Part shown: piece after piece, positions 53,768 to 62,884 of the stretch
How the letters are laid out: each line of letters begins with the position of its first letter
How positions within the stretch are numbered: the stretch's first letter is position 1
Origin: a virus
Direction: 5' to 3' (one strand)
Length of the DNA: 64,000 bases
Virus record (IMG/VR): IMGVR_UViG_3300032261_000561
Made by a program: the position numbers and the translations under genes
Notes under the pieces: model-generated
Database searches by the model: none
What the model was told of the DNA's origin: nothing
The model's input: only the letters and a program-made list of their open reading frames with translations

Positions 53768-56370
53768 AGCGGCCGCACCCCCGTATTGCTCTCGTAGCGG
53801 CGCAGCGCGTCTTCGAGGACCTCCATCGACTGGCGGGTGTCCTCGTCGTCGCGGCCCCGCATGATGTCATAGAAAGCACCGCGCACCTGGTTTTCATACC
53901 CACTCAGGCCGGTGCTGTCCCAGAAACCGGGATCGTTGATCAAATCGGCCACCCGAGGCGGATTGGCCTGGGCCTCACGACGACGAACGGCGGCCTCCAC
54001 CTGAGACTCCGTCATGCGCTTGCGGGTGCCGTAGGAGCTGGGGTCCATCTCGAACTCGGTGCGCTTGCGGATCCCGCCGGTGCGGGTGCGCTTGGCCTTG
54101 CGCGGACTATTGCCGCGCAGATCGTCGCTGATCGCCGGGCGGGCGTAGTTGCGCGACGGCTCCATGATGTCGTTGAACTCCTGGCTGTGTCGTTCTTCGC
54201 CGCCGACCTCCATGTCGGGCGGCAAAATACCGGGACCACTGGCGTGCGGTGCGCTCACTTGGAAGGGGGCCTTGGGCTGCCTGGGCAACCGGGTGTCGTA
54301 CTCCGTTCTCAGCTCGGTGTTTTCGTTGGCGCCGACCAGATGCAGCCCGGCCACCATCTGCGGCGGCAGCGGCATGCCCACCGGAGGCATGGCGCCGTTG
54401 GGACCCATCGGCGGTGGTCCCACCGGCAGCGGCATCGGCGGGGGCAGCGGGGGCCCCTCGCCTTCACCGCCGCCACCCTCCTCCGGCGGCGGTGGGGGAG
54501 CGGGTGGGACACCAGGCAGCGCACCCATCGCCCCGGCAGCGCCCTGCTGAGCTGCCATCTGATCCAGCTGCTGCTCTTGGCCTTCCATCATCTTGGTCTG
54601 CGCCAGGCCCTGGCGCAGAGTCAGCGTGGCCATCAGGTACTGGGCCAGCTCGGCTGGGTAGGGCAGGCCCTTGTCGTCGATGATCTCCTGGGCCTTGCCC
54701 ATCGCCTCGGCAGCGGCCACCAGCTTGTCCACCGTCTCGTCGGCGCCGCGCGGCAGCTCCTGCTCGAAATCGATCGGAATGTTGATCGCCAAACTCTTGT
54801 CGGAGATCGGCACCCCGGCCTGCTTGAGCATCATCATGAACTGACGCTCCTGGGCCTCGTCGCGCAGGTTCAGGGTGCGGAATTCGACGTCGGGGGTCAG
54901 CAGCTGGGGCACGCGGACAATCTCTTCCTCGCCCGTCTCCTCGTTGAACTGCACCACCTCGCGATACAGCGGGCGCCGGTAGCCGCCTTTCTTCTCGTAG
55001 GCATAGTGCTGCTGGGCCTCCGCGATGACCTCCATGCGGCCCGAAATGTGCCTGATGACCTTCTTCTGAAAGGACTTCATCAGCAGCTCGCACACCTCAC
55101 GGTTGAGCGCGGAGCTGGCATAGGTCCCAGCGGCCGCCGTGCCGCCCATGATCAACGCCGAGCCAATCCCCCAGGCTTGCATCAACTTCAGGTCGATGCG
55201 CTCGTAGTCCTGGTCGAAGCGCGGGACGCTCTCGCGGCCGAAGACATTCTCGATGTTCAGACCCATGTGGTGGCAGATCAGTTTGAAATCGGCCATCAAC
55301 GCGTTCTGCATGTCGTCGCGCAGGTCGTCCAGGTCGGTCTGGCTGGGGATCCACGGCAGCCCGTCGCCCATGTTTTCCAGGCCCAAGGTGGCCACGATCA
55401 TCGGGGAGTACAAGCGGTCCGCCACGGCGTCCTGGGCGGCGTTGAGGCTCTCCTCCATCATCAGGGTGCGGAAGCTGCGCAGCAGCGGCGGCGTGCCGTA
55501 GTCGTGCCAGGGGGCACTACGGTTGACGATGCGGCTCCACTTGGCCGGGCTGATGTCCAGCCCATCCTCCTGCTGGGCGGCGCGGATGATCTCGGGGTAG
55601 TAGTGCACCAGCTGGCGGTACTCGTAGAGCCGCTCCTCGCGCTCGGAGCGCGTCTCCTCCTCCACACCCATGCCCATCGGCCCGTCACGCAGACTCTCGA
55701 CGAGGTCTTTGACCATTAACTGGACGCGCTCCTCCTGGACGAAGGGGCTCTTCGACACCCGCACGAAATCGGGGTTGAGGATCTCCTCGCTCGACCACAC
55801 CCCCAGTGACTCGTTGAAGTGCGCTAGCGCAGTGACCTCACCGGCGATGTAGTACTCACGGCCCAGGCAGTCGGGCAGGAAGTTCTCGTAGTCCAGCTCC
55901 TCCATGAACATCTGTGTGTAGAACTTCTCGATCAGCGGGTCGGTGCTACGAAACTCCAAACCCACCAAGGGGAACCGCGCGTAAATGTCGACCAGCAGCG
56001 GGACCAAGTCGTGGGTGATGTAGAAAGCCCGAGCCCACCTGCGACACTCAGCGCGCTCCTTACGATCCTCGATGTTGAACGGGACGTTCTTGTCTTCCAG
56101 GGATCCCAGCGGGGTGCGCAGCTTGGGCATCGCCAGCTGGACATTGGCGCCGGTGCGCAGGCTGGCCATCCGGCGACGCCGGAAGTCGCCCGCCATCATC
56201 CGGTTGGTGTTGTCGACCAGTGAGCCTCGGGTGACGGTGTCGGACATCCGCCGGGCTTCCAGCCGGGCCTGCGGCGCCGACGTCGGCAGCGTGGCGCCCA
56301 TCGCACGCAGCCGCCGCAGCTCCTGGTCGGCGTTGCCGACCCAGAACCGTCCGCCTCCCGGCGCGGTCAC
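53761..56370 (-). CDS. Portal protein with Pro-rich C-terminal extension
   Basis: 869 aa; RWARAFY...LVDIYARFP, GREYYIAGE, YGTPPLLRSF; position upstream of head genes. Confidence 0.75.
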   Translation of the reverse strand: MTAPGGGRFWVGNADQELRRLRAMGATLPTSAPQARLEARRMSDTVTRGSLVDNTNRMMAGDFRRRRMASLRTGANVQLAMPKLRTPLGSLEDKNVPFNIEDRKERAECRRWARAFYITHDLVPLLVDIYARFPLVGLEFRSTDPLIEKFYTQMFMEELDYENFLPDCLGREYYIAGEVTALAHFNESLGVWSSEEILNPDFVRVSKSPFVQEERVQLMVKDLVESLRDGPMGMGVEEETRSEREERLYEYRQLVHYYPEIIRAAQQEDGLDISPAKWSRIVNRSAPWHDYGTPPLLRSFRTLMMEESLNAAQDAVADRLYSPMIVATLGLENMGDGLPWIPSQTDLDDLRDDMQNALMADFKLICHHMGLNIENVFGRESVPRFDQDYERIDLKLMQAWGIGSALIMGGTAAAGTYASSALNREVCELLMKSFQKKVIRHISGRMEVIAEAQQHYAYEKKGGYRRPLYREVVQFNEETGEEEIVRVPQLLTPDVEFRTLNLRDEAQERQFMMMLKQAGVPISDKSLAINIPIDFEQELPRGADETVDKLVAAAEAMGKAQEIIDDKGLPYPAELAQYLMATLTLRQGLAQTKMMEGQEQQLDQMAAQQGAAGAMGALPGVPPAPPPPPEEGGGGEGEGPPLPPPMPLPVGPPPMGPNGAMPPVGMPLPPQMVAGLHLVGANENTELRTEYDTRLPRQPKAPFQVSAPHASGPGILPPDMEVGGEERHSQEFNDIMEPSRNYARPAISDDLRGNSPRKAKRTRTGGIRKRTEFEMDPSSYGTRKRMTESQVEAAVRRREAQANPPRVADLINDPGFWDSTGLSGYENQVRGAFYDIMRGRDDEDTRQSMEVLEDALRRYESNTGVRPLW

Positions 56371-56717
56371 TTCTTACCCACCTTGGTCAGGCAGACCTCG
56401 GTGTACCACGCCTCGGCCGGGCTGTACTCGTTGGCTGGTTCGTCGATCTTCACCAGGAACGCGGGGTAGACGAGGGAGCCGCCGTGCTCGAAGTCGAAGG
56501 TCATGTCCTCGACGGTGCCGACGCCGTCGTAGATCTCGGCGCCGGTGCGGCACTCCACCCGGTCCCCTTTCTCGAAGGGCGGGGTGGCCAACAAGAACTC
56601 AATGGCCTCAATCTCACGGGGTGGCGGAGCGCAGTCGACGCAATAGCCGAATCCGAGGTGGTCGGTGTGAACTATCTCGGCCAGCCGCTTGCATCCCCAG
56701 CAAACCGTCGAGATCAT
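56367..56717 (-). CDS. Small protein, Cys-rich N-terminus + SH3-like barrel
   Basis: CWGC...CVDC; FEKGDRVEC...GVGTV; coupled on both sides. Confidence 0.6.
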   Translation of the reverse strand: MISTVCWGCKRLAEIVHTDHLGFGYCVDCAPPPREIEAIEFLLATPPFEKGDRVECRTGAEIYDGVGTVEDMTFDFEHGGSLVYPAFLVKIDEPANEYSPAEAWYTEVCLTKVGKK

Positions 56718-57664
56718 AGCTGCGCTGGTTGGGTTTGCGGGCTCGGCCGCCGGGGCATCGGGTGCGGACCGTAGCGGCCCTTGGGGCTGCGGTAAGCCCA
56801 GTCGCCCGGGATCTTGTGCTCCTTGTTGGGCGTCTTCGGGTGGTGCTCGGTGGGCCAGTCGTCCTCGGTGGCCTCGTGATCACCAGCGGCCTCGTGCCTG
56901 GGACGCGCGGTGATACTGGCCACGATCATGTCCGGACGCGTCATGATCTCGCGCACCAGATACTTCTCGGCAGCCGCTTCATGGTTGGAGCCGCCGGTCC
57001 CGATGACGTATCCGTTCCAGAGCCGACCGCATTTGCATTCATGGTGACCGGGCATGTCATGCTCCTCGCCGCAAGAACAGGCGAACCGGCCCGGGGTGGG
57101 GCGCTCATAGGCTTCCAGGTAGTTGTTCCAATCCCACCCAGCCACCTTGGGATGGCTTTTCACCTGGCTGGGACCCCACCCGGTCCACCCATGTTTGCGA
57201 GAGCTTTCCTTGTCCTGGAAGTTGGACAGCGGCTCGCCTTTGCGCTCCCTGCCCTTCCAGACCTGGTGGTAGATCTTGCCGCAGTACGCGTCGGGGTCAC
57301 TCGCGTCAGAGTGCTGGGAGGTGCAGTCTTCCCAGTCAGAAAATCCGGCGAACGGACCGTGCAGCCGGTGGGAGTCGGGATTGGAGTTGGGGGCCTCTTT
57401 GCGCAGCGCCTGGCGACTGGCGTTGACCAGATCCCATCCGAACACCTGGCACGCCTGCCGGTAGGCGGCGATCCGGTCGGATTGGAGTCCGAACTCCTGC
57501 TTGAGCAGGCTCTTGGATCGCTGCCCGAGGCCCGCCTCGGGAGCATCCTGCCTCTCGAAATCCTCGATGTCCCCTTCGTCACCGCGCGCCAGGCCGGGGC
57601 GCTTGGTCAGGTAGTTCTTGAACCGCTCGACTACCCCCGCCCCCTCGCGGGTTGGCCTTTTGGG
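56714..57664 (-). CDS. -1 frameshift extension of the 57631..59655 protein
   Basis: Frame open from CCCAAAA (57664-57658) to 56714 with no start codon before GTG 57445; reads PKRPTREGAGVVERFKNY...; contains CSCG...CKCG. Confidence 0.65.
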   Translation of the reverse strand, partial: PKRPTREGAGVVERFKNYLTKRPGLARGDEGDIEDFERQDAPEAGLGQRSKSLLKQEFGLQSDRIAAYRQACQVFGWDLVNASRQALRKEAPNSNPDSHRLHGPFAGFSDWEDCTSQHSDASDPDAYCGKIYHQVWKGRERKGEPLSNFQDKESSRKHGWTGWGPSQVKSHPKVAGWDWNNYLEAYERPTPGRFACSCGEEHDMPGHHECKCGRLWNGYVIGTGGSNHEAAAEKYLVREIMTRPDMIVASITARPRHEAAGDHEATEDDWPTEHHPKTPNKEHKIPGDWAYRSPKGRYGPHPMPRRPSPQTQPAQL

Positions 57665-59655
57665 TAACCACCCGCCCGGCGATTGGCTGCCATCTGCGGG
57701 GGGCCTCCCATACCCATATCACCGGCCGCCGGTGGAGGAGCTGACTGGTCAGCTGGCGAGCCACCGCCTGCGCCCATCTCGGCACCTGGCATCTGAGGCT
57801 GATCCGGCAACACGTTGACAGTGCCCGCCGGTGGCTGCACGGCCATCGGGTTCTGGGCCTGCTCGATGGTCTGGGACTGCTGCACCACCTGCAACGCCTG
57901 CTGCAGCGGCGCGATGGTCGACTGGAAGTCTTCGGCGCGCTGGTTGAGCAAGCCGGTCAAGGCGTCATTGGCCTTCTGCAGGTAATCCGGAGCGGCCTGC
58001 CGACGGCTGGCGGGTTTGGTGCGCTTCTGAACGCTCTTGCAGGCCCCGGGGTTTTTGGCCTTCACCGACGGGAAGTTGCAGACCGACTTGGCGTCGTTGA
58101 GATCCTTCGGAGTGCCGACCGGGAAGCTGCCGTGCGGCCCGGCGAACGGGCCCGACTTGTCTTCGACGTCGCCCTCGCCGTGATACGTCTCGGCCCAGCG
58201 GACCAACTGGCCCACTCGGTTCTTGTCCTCGGGGGGAAGCGCGGCCAGCTTGGAGAGCGCGTCCGCGATCTTGAGGTAATCACTTGGGGACAGTTGCTTA
58301 CCGTGGCGTTCCAGCCTGGCCAGCGTAGGCGGCAGGCTGTTGCGATAGCAGAAGCCCAAATAGCGCAGCACCAGGGTGGAGCCCAGCGGGGAGTACGTCC
58401 CACCCGGCTCCTGGCGGCGTGCGTAGGGGTCGGTACCGCCTTCCGGCTGGACCATCCGGCCCCACTCGTCGCGCTTCCACCCGGGATGGGTTTCCTCGGT
58501 GGGCTTTCGTGGAGACTCGAACGCGGGTGACTCCCGGCCCGACATGTCGGTGTAGGGGCCCTCCGGCCCGTAGTCCTCGTCCCAGGCCGAACGGCGCCGC
58601 GAGATGACCTTGCCGCTCTCGTCGAATCCTCGGGCACCCGGTGGGGCGTATAGCGGTTGACCCGGGTCGGTGGCGTTGATGACCGGCGGTCCCGTGGGCT
58701 GCACCGGCTGAAATTCTTCAGTGGCCTGGCGCCGCCGTGAAGACTTGGGAGCGAAGTCGGCGCCGCTGGTGTCGCCGTAGCTCTTGTCGTGCTCACCGGG
58801 CACGAAGACGTGGTCCTCCATCTTGGACTCGGCGGGCTGGGTAACGCTGTCCTGGAAGCCGGGCCAGTCACCCTCAGGAATCAGCGGACCGCTGGAAGGC
58901 CGGAAGGTCTCCTCGGTATCCACGGCTCCCTCGGTACCATCGGCCTCGATCGCGTGCCAGCCGAGATACTGAGCACCCTCCACCGGCTTCCAGCGGTAAC
59001 GCCGGGGGTTGGTGACGTCCTGAGTGGAGTCATATCCGGCGGCGGTCAGCTGCTCATGATCATGCGCACCTTCCACCTGGTGTTTAATCTTGCCGCAATA
59101 GGCCTGCGGATTGTCTTTGTCCTGGTTGGCGGCCACACAGGCGGCGAAGTCCTTGTAGCCCGCGAACGGGGCGCCTTTCTGGAAGGCGATGTTCTCGATC
59201 CCACCGGGCGGGATCGGGTCGTAGGGACCACCTTCCTCTCGCCTCTCGGCCCACTGCCGGGCCCGCTCGGGACTCTCGAAGAAGCCACTCCACTCCCGGC
59301 CACTGGGATCCTCGGTGCGGACCTCGTGCACCTTCGGACCATGCTCGGTGTATTCCGCAGACTGCCGGGACCGGAATTCCTTCTCCAAGACGCCGTCGCG
59401 GCCAATGATGTGGCGCATGACGCCGGTCACCGGCCGCAGATGGCGGTCGACGATCTTGTAGATCTCCTGGTCGGCCGAGCCTTTGATCAGCGCCACCCGT
59501 GTGCGGAACTCGTAGATCGAGGCCGCTCGGAACAGGAAGTCGCCGTAGGCCTCGCGCACGTCGTAGACGGCTGCCGCCAGCCTGTCCTGGGCTTGCTGCT
59601 GGGCGATCTTCTCCTCGTCGGGTGACGCCGCAAGAACTTCGAACAAACCGGACAT
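57631..59655 (-). CDS. Head-associated multidomain protein
   Basis: MSGLFEVL (ATG 59655; the track starts at GTG 59700); small modules separated by RRQA/RRSA motifs. Confidence 0.65.
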   Translation of the reverse strand: MSGLFEVLAASPDEEKIAQQQAQDRLAAAVYDVREAYGDFLFRAASIYEFRTRVALIKGSADQEIYKIVDRHLRPVTGVMRHIIGRDGVLEKEFRSRQSAEYTEHGPKVHEVRTEDPSGREWSGFFESPERARQWAERREEGGPYDPIPPGGIENIAFQKGAPFAGYKDFAACVAANQDKDNPQAYCGKIKHQVEGAHDHEQLTAAGYDSTQDVTNPRRYRWKPVEGAQYLGWHAIEADGTEGAVDTEETFRPSSGPLIPEGDWPGFQDSVTQPAESKMEDHVFVPGEHDKSYGDTSGADFAPKSSRRRQATEEFQPVQPTGPPVINATDPGQPLYAPPGARGFDESGKVISRRRSAWDEDYGPEGPYTDMSGRESPAFESPRKPTEETHPGWKRDEWGRMVQPEGGTDPYARRQEPGGTYSPLGSTLVLRYLGFCYRNSLPPTLARLERHGKQLSPSDYLKIADALSKLAALPPEDKNRVGQLVRWAETYHGEGDVEDKSGPFAGPHGSFPVGTPKDLNDAKSVCNFPSVKAKNPGACKSVQKRTKPASRRQAAPDYLQKANDALTGLLNQRAEDFQSTIAPLQQALQVVQQSQTIEQAQNPMAVQPPAGTVNVLPDQPQMPGAEMGAGGGSPADQSAPPPAAGDMGMGGPPQMAANRRAGGYPKGQPARGRG
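57658..57664 (-). other. Putative programmed -1 frameshift site C CCA AAA
   Basis: TAC CCA AAA GGC; CCCGC/GCGGG hairpin 6 nt downstream. Confidence 0.65.
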
Positions 59656-59729
59656 TGCGACCCTGCTTCCGTCAGCGAATACGTCCTTTCTCTTTTTCAC
59701 GCTTCGGACCTGGCAGGTTACAGGTTTGT

Positions 59730-60368
59730 TTACGGCGGGGGTGGAGGTGGTGGTTCCGGCGGCGGCGGGCCGTCAGGAGGCGGCGGCGGGAGCAACCACG
59801 GTGGCGGCGCGGGAAGCGGAACCGGGGGAGGCGGCGATGGCATTCCCGGCAGCGGCGCCGGAATCGGTTGGGGAATCAGTTCGGGATGATCCTCTCCCGC
59901 TGGCGGGATACCTTCGGTGGGCAGGACGGCCGCACTCCAAAAACCATTGGGCGTCATGTGATCTCGGCAGAAATTCGTGCTGCTCATCGGCACCAGATAA
60001 TCTTTCCACGCACCGGGAGGATTGGGGGCGGGAGCATCGGTGCCATCAGGACACTTCCAATTGCAACTGATACCGCCAACTCCTTGTCCGGTACCAACGA
60101 GAGCACCAGTACCAACTTGACCAAGTCCGGTAAAAACTCCACCGAGACCAAGACTTACCCCGCCGCCCTGGCAGTGCCAATGGGCTCCGTTGATCTCGGT
60201 GGGGAAGTCGCAAAACCCGCCGCCGATGCCGCCGATATTCACGTTCAATATGCCGACACCGGGATAGGGACATTGGGTGTCGGCGTGGACTGGCGGTGGG
60301 GTTAATACCCACATAGTCCAAGTAAAACCAATAACTGCTCCTAAAAGAATTGTCCATTTTCGTTTCAT
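59730..60368 (-). CDS. Secreted Cys-rich, Pro-tailed protein B
   Basis: Signal peptide MKRKWTILLG...VHA-D; GGFCDF...HWHC..GG; poly-Pro tail. Confidence 0.7.
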   Translation of the reverse strand: MKRKWTILLGAVIGFTWTMWVLTPPPVHADTQCPYPGVGILNVNIGGIGGGFCDFPTEINGAHWHCQGGGVSLGLGGVFTGLGQVGTGALVGTGQGVGGISCNWKCPDGTDAPAPNPPGAWKDYLVPMSSTNFCRDHMTPNGFWSAAVLPTEGIPPAGEDHPELIPQPIPAPLPGMPSPPPPVPLPAPPPWLLPPPPPDGPPPPEPPPPPPP

Positions 60369-61102
60369 GGAAATAGGCCCACGGGTCCAGTGGTGGGTCC
60401 AAGCTGCCCTTGCAATGGTCCCGGTGGTGGACCTAATGGTCCTGGCGGTGGAGGCTCTGGCGGCGGTGGAGGCTCTGGCGGCGGCGCACCGGGCGGCGGT
60501 GGGGGTGGGAGCAATTCAGGCCCCGGTACCAAACCTGGGGGAGGCCATTGATTATCAGGGGTAGGCCCTTGAATTGCCCAAGGCACACCCCATCCATCTG
60601 GGATAATATCTGGATCATTTAATTTAGGGTGGTCAGGTTGCCCAGGAAAGACGCGCCAGCAATTAAACATTATTGCCACAGGCGTAAAGCCACCCCATTC
60701 ACAATGGGTGTGCATATTGCCATGTCCCCCAATAAGTTCACGAAAATCAAAGTCGCAATAACCCCCACCGCCACCAAAGGCGGCACCGGCGGCACCGACA
60801 CCGGGACAAAGAAAAACTCCCCCGGTTGGCGGGGCCAGAGCAGGAGCACCGAAACCGACACCCGGTTGACCACCGATACCCGGTGTATTACCACCCGGCG
60901 CCGAACCACCGCCGCCGCCCAAACCGCCCAAGCCTTCACCCAATGAAGGCAGGGCCCCGATGATCCCACCACCACCGGGCGGCGGAAGGGGAGGAACGGG
61001 CACCGGCGGAATCGGTATGGGTTGGGCCTGGGCCTGCGGATCCCAGAAGGAGAACAACAACGTCAAAGACAGCAGAACGAAAAGGACGACGATTTTCCTC
61101 AT
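60365..61102 (-). CDS. Secreted Cys-rich, Pro-rich protein A
   Basis: ATG 61102 overlapping the lysB stop; signal peptide MRKIVVLFVLL...AQA-Q; GGYCDF...HTHCEWGG. Confidence 0.7.
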   Translation of the reverse strand: MRKIVVLFVLLSLTLLFSFWDPQAQAQPIPIPPVPVPPLPPPGGGGIIGALPSLGEGLGGLGGGGGSAPGGNTPGIGGQPGVGFGAPALAPPTGGVFLCPGVGAAGAAFGGGGGYCDFDFRELIGGHGNMHTHCEWGGFTPVAIMFNCWRVFPGQPDHPKLNDPDIIPDGWGVPWAIQGPTPDNQWPPPGLVPGPELLPPPPPPGAPPPEPPPPPEPPPPGPLGPPPGPLQGQLGPTTGPVGLFP

Positions 61103-62028
61103 GCTGCAAGCGCCGTCGCGACCCGATTGACCAGCCATCCATAGAGAGCGGGAACATAGGGCCCGTACTGCCAGTGTGGAGCATTCGTCCCGGCCAGCGC
61201 GAAGGTCATGCCGTTGAAGATGGCGTGGCACAACGCGATCGTGTTGGACAACGGGTACTCGAACTCCTGGGCCACTCCTTCGGCGACGGCCATGATGCCC
61301 TCGATCAAAGAGCTGGACTCGATGAAGTTATAGATCCGCGTCTCGATCTGACCGACCAGGGGCTCACTGACCCACGGGGCGCCGCTGTCGATGACGGCGG
61401 TGCCCACCGGCGGACCGACCGGCGCGCTGCCGTACAGGTCCCCGTCCAGGTTGATCGAGAGGAGGCAGTCCGGTGTCTGCTCCGGTGTCAGGCACGTGGG
61501 CCCGGCGATGCCGCCAGGGATCACCCCGTCCAGCGGCTTGGCCACCGAGATCCCGGCGACGATGTTGCCGTTGCTGATGCCGGGGCAGTGCATCGGGTCC
61601 CCGAAGTTGATGATGGACCCGCGCACCGTGATGTCTTCCAGCCGGTTGTGGTGCGGGCCAGCCGGATTGAGCACCAGATCACGCCAGAACACATCGGTCA
61701 CCAGGGCGCCCTGGCTGTAGCCGCCGATATTCAGCGAATCGCCCGGCACATTAGTGCCGTTCTGCTCATGCAGCGTGACCTGTCGGCTGATCTCGCCCAC
61801 CCCGGCCTCCACCGATGGGTTCATCGGGAAGACGGCCGCCGGATAGCCGATCGGCTGCCAGATGATGTCCAGCCCATAAGCCCGGTGGGCGGCGTCCCCG
61901 TAGAACTGGGTGCTGATGCTGTTCCACGGGTTGGTCAGCATGCGGCCGATGTCGGAGGCGAACCCCGGGCCGAACGGATCGGCAACACCTGTCCCGTTAA
62001 CACTGCAGAACATTGGGCGCCCCATCAC
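61099..62028 (-). CDS. lysB: Lysin B (mycolylarabinogalactan esterase, cutinase-like)
   Basis: NGTG, WQPIGYPAAVFPMNPS, GYSQGA nucleophile elbow, FGDP, GDLY, C-terminal PH. Confidence 0.85.
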   Translation of the reverse strand: MMGRPMFCSVNGTGVADPFGPGFASDIGRMLTNPWNSISTQFYGDAAHRAYGLDIIWQPIGYPAAVFPMNPSVEAGVGEISRQVTLHEQNGTNVPGDSLNIGGYSQGALVTDVFWRDLVLNPAGPHHNRLEDITVRGSIINFGDPMHCPGISNGNIVAGISVAKPLDGVIPGGIAGPTCLTPEQTPDCLLSINLDGDLYGSAPVGPPVGTAVIDSGAPWVSEPLVGQIETRIYNFIESSSLIEGIMAVAEGVAQEFEYPLSNTIALCHAIFNGMTFALAGTNAPHWQYGPYVPALYGWLVNRVATALAA

Positions 62029-62537
62029 GCCGCCCCTTTCCTGCGACGGCGATACTCCTGCTCACACCTCCGACACACACGACGATTGCCTTTATAGCGG
62101 GTGTTCTCGGCATCGTAAGGATGATTTTTCGGACAACGCGTTTTGCGAGCCATGTTGTGAGTACCGTGCCGGACCATATCGAAAGTGTTCTCGGACCGCG
62201 TGTCCCACCGCAGATTCGTCCGACGATTATTGAAAGGATTCCCGTCGTTGTGGCAAGCCTCCATCCCTGGTGGACAGGATCCCTCGAATGCCGTCAGCAC
62301 TAGCGTGGCTACCTGCTCAGTGGAGTAATCAGGCTTACGCCGATAGAGCTTTACTTGCTGATGACTATCATCGCTACCGCCCCCGAACTGCTTCAAAATG
62401 CACGCCGGAACGGTATACGGTCTGCCATTACTCCGAATCACCACGCGTCGGACAGATCGCACCTGACCTTGGTCTGATACTTCGTACTGCCCTTCGTACC
62501 CCACGACAGGGAGCCAACCTTCCATCGGCCTGCCCAT
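62025..62537 (-). CDS. NUMOD4-HNH homing endonuclease
   Basis: WLPVVGYEGQYEVSDQGQVRS; EACHNDGNPFNNRRTNLRWDTRSEN; CPKNHPY...CRRC. Confidence 0.9.
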   Translation of the reverse strand: MGRPMEGWLPVVGYEGQYEVSDQGQVRSVRRVVIRSNGRPYTVPACILKQFGGGSDDSHQQVKLYRRKPDYSTEQVATLVLTAFEGSCPPGMEACHNDGNPFNNRRTNLRWDTRSENTFDMVRHGTHNMARKTRCPKNHPYDAENTRYKGNRRVCRRCEQEYRRRRKGAA

Positions 62538-62539
62538 GG

Positions 62540-62884
62540 CTACTCTCCGAGGATGTCGCTGATGTTGACGTTCGCCTGTTTGGCCAGCCGCTGCAGTATG
62601 CGGTTGTTCTGATAGCTCATGTTGAGGATGACGTTGACCGAGTCACGCAGCCCGATCGGCGTGGTCAGATCGGCGGGCATGTTGCCCTTGGGCATCTGCT
62701 GAAAGCGCAGCAGATCCCACATCAGCCGCAGCAATGGGCCCCTGATGTCCCAGGCGATCCAGGACTTAAACCCGTTTTTCACCGGGTCGGCGCCCGCGTA
62801 CACCTCGATGGCATCCGGCGGTTGCGGACCCGGCGGGAACAGCTGGTTCTGCACGACAACGGCGGGATCCGGCGGGGCGGTCAC
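62540..62884 (-). CDS. Hypothetical protein
   Basis: 114 aa, GTGA coupled to the upstream gene. Confidence 0.6.
   Translation of the reverse strand: MTAPPDPAVVVQNQLFPPGPQPPDAIEVYAGADPVKNGFKSWIAWDIRGPLLRLMWDLLRFQQMPKGNMPADLTTPIGLRDSVNVILNMSYQNNRILQRLAKQANVNISDILGE

Noticed and set aside
61099-62028. Host PE-PPE or cutinase gene
   Set aside because: No PE/PPE N-terminus or signal peptide; motif pattern and phage context fit LysB
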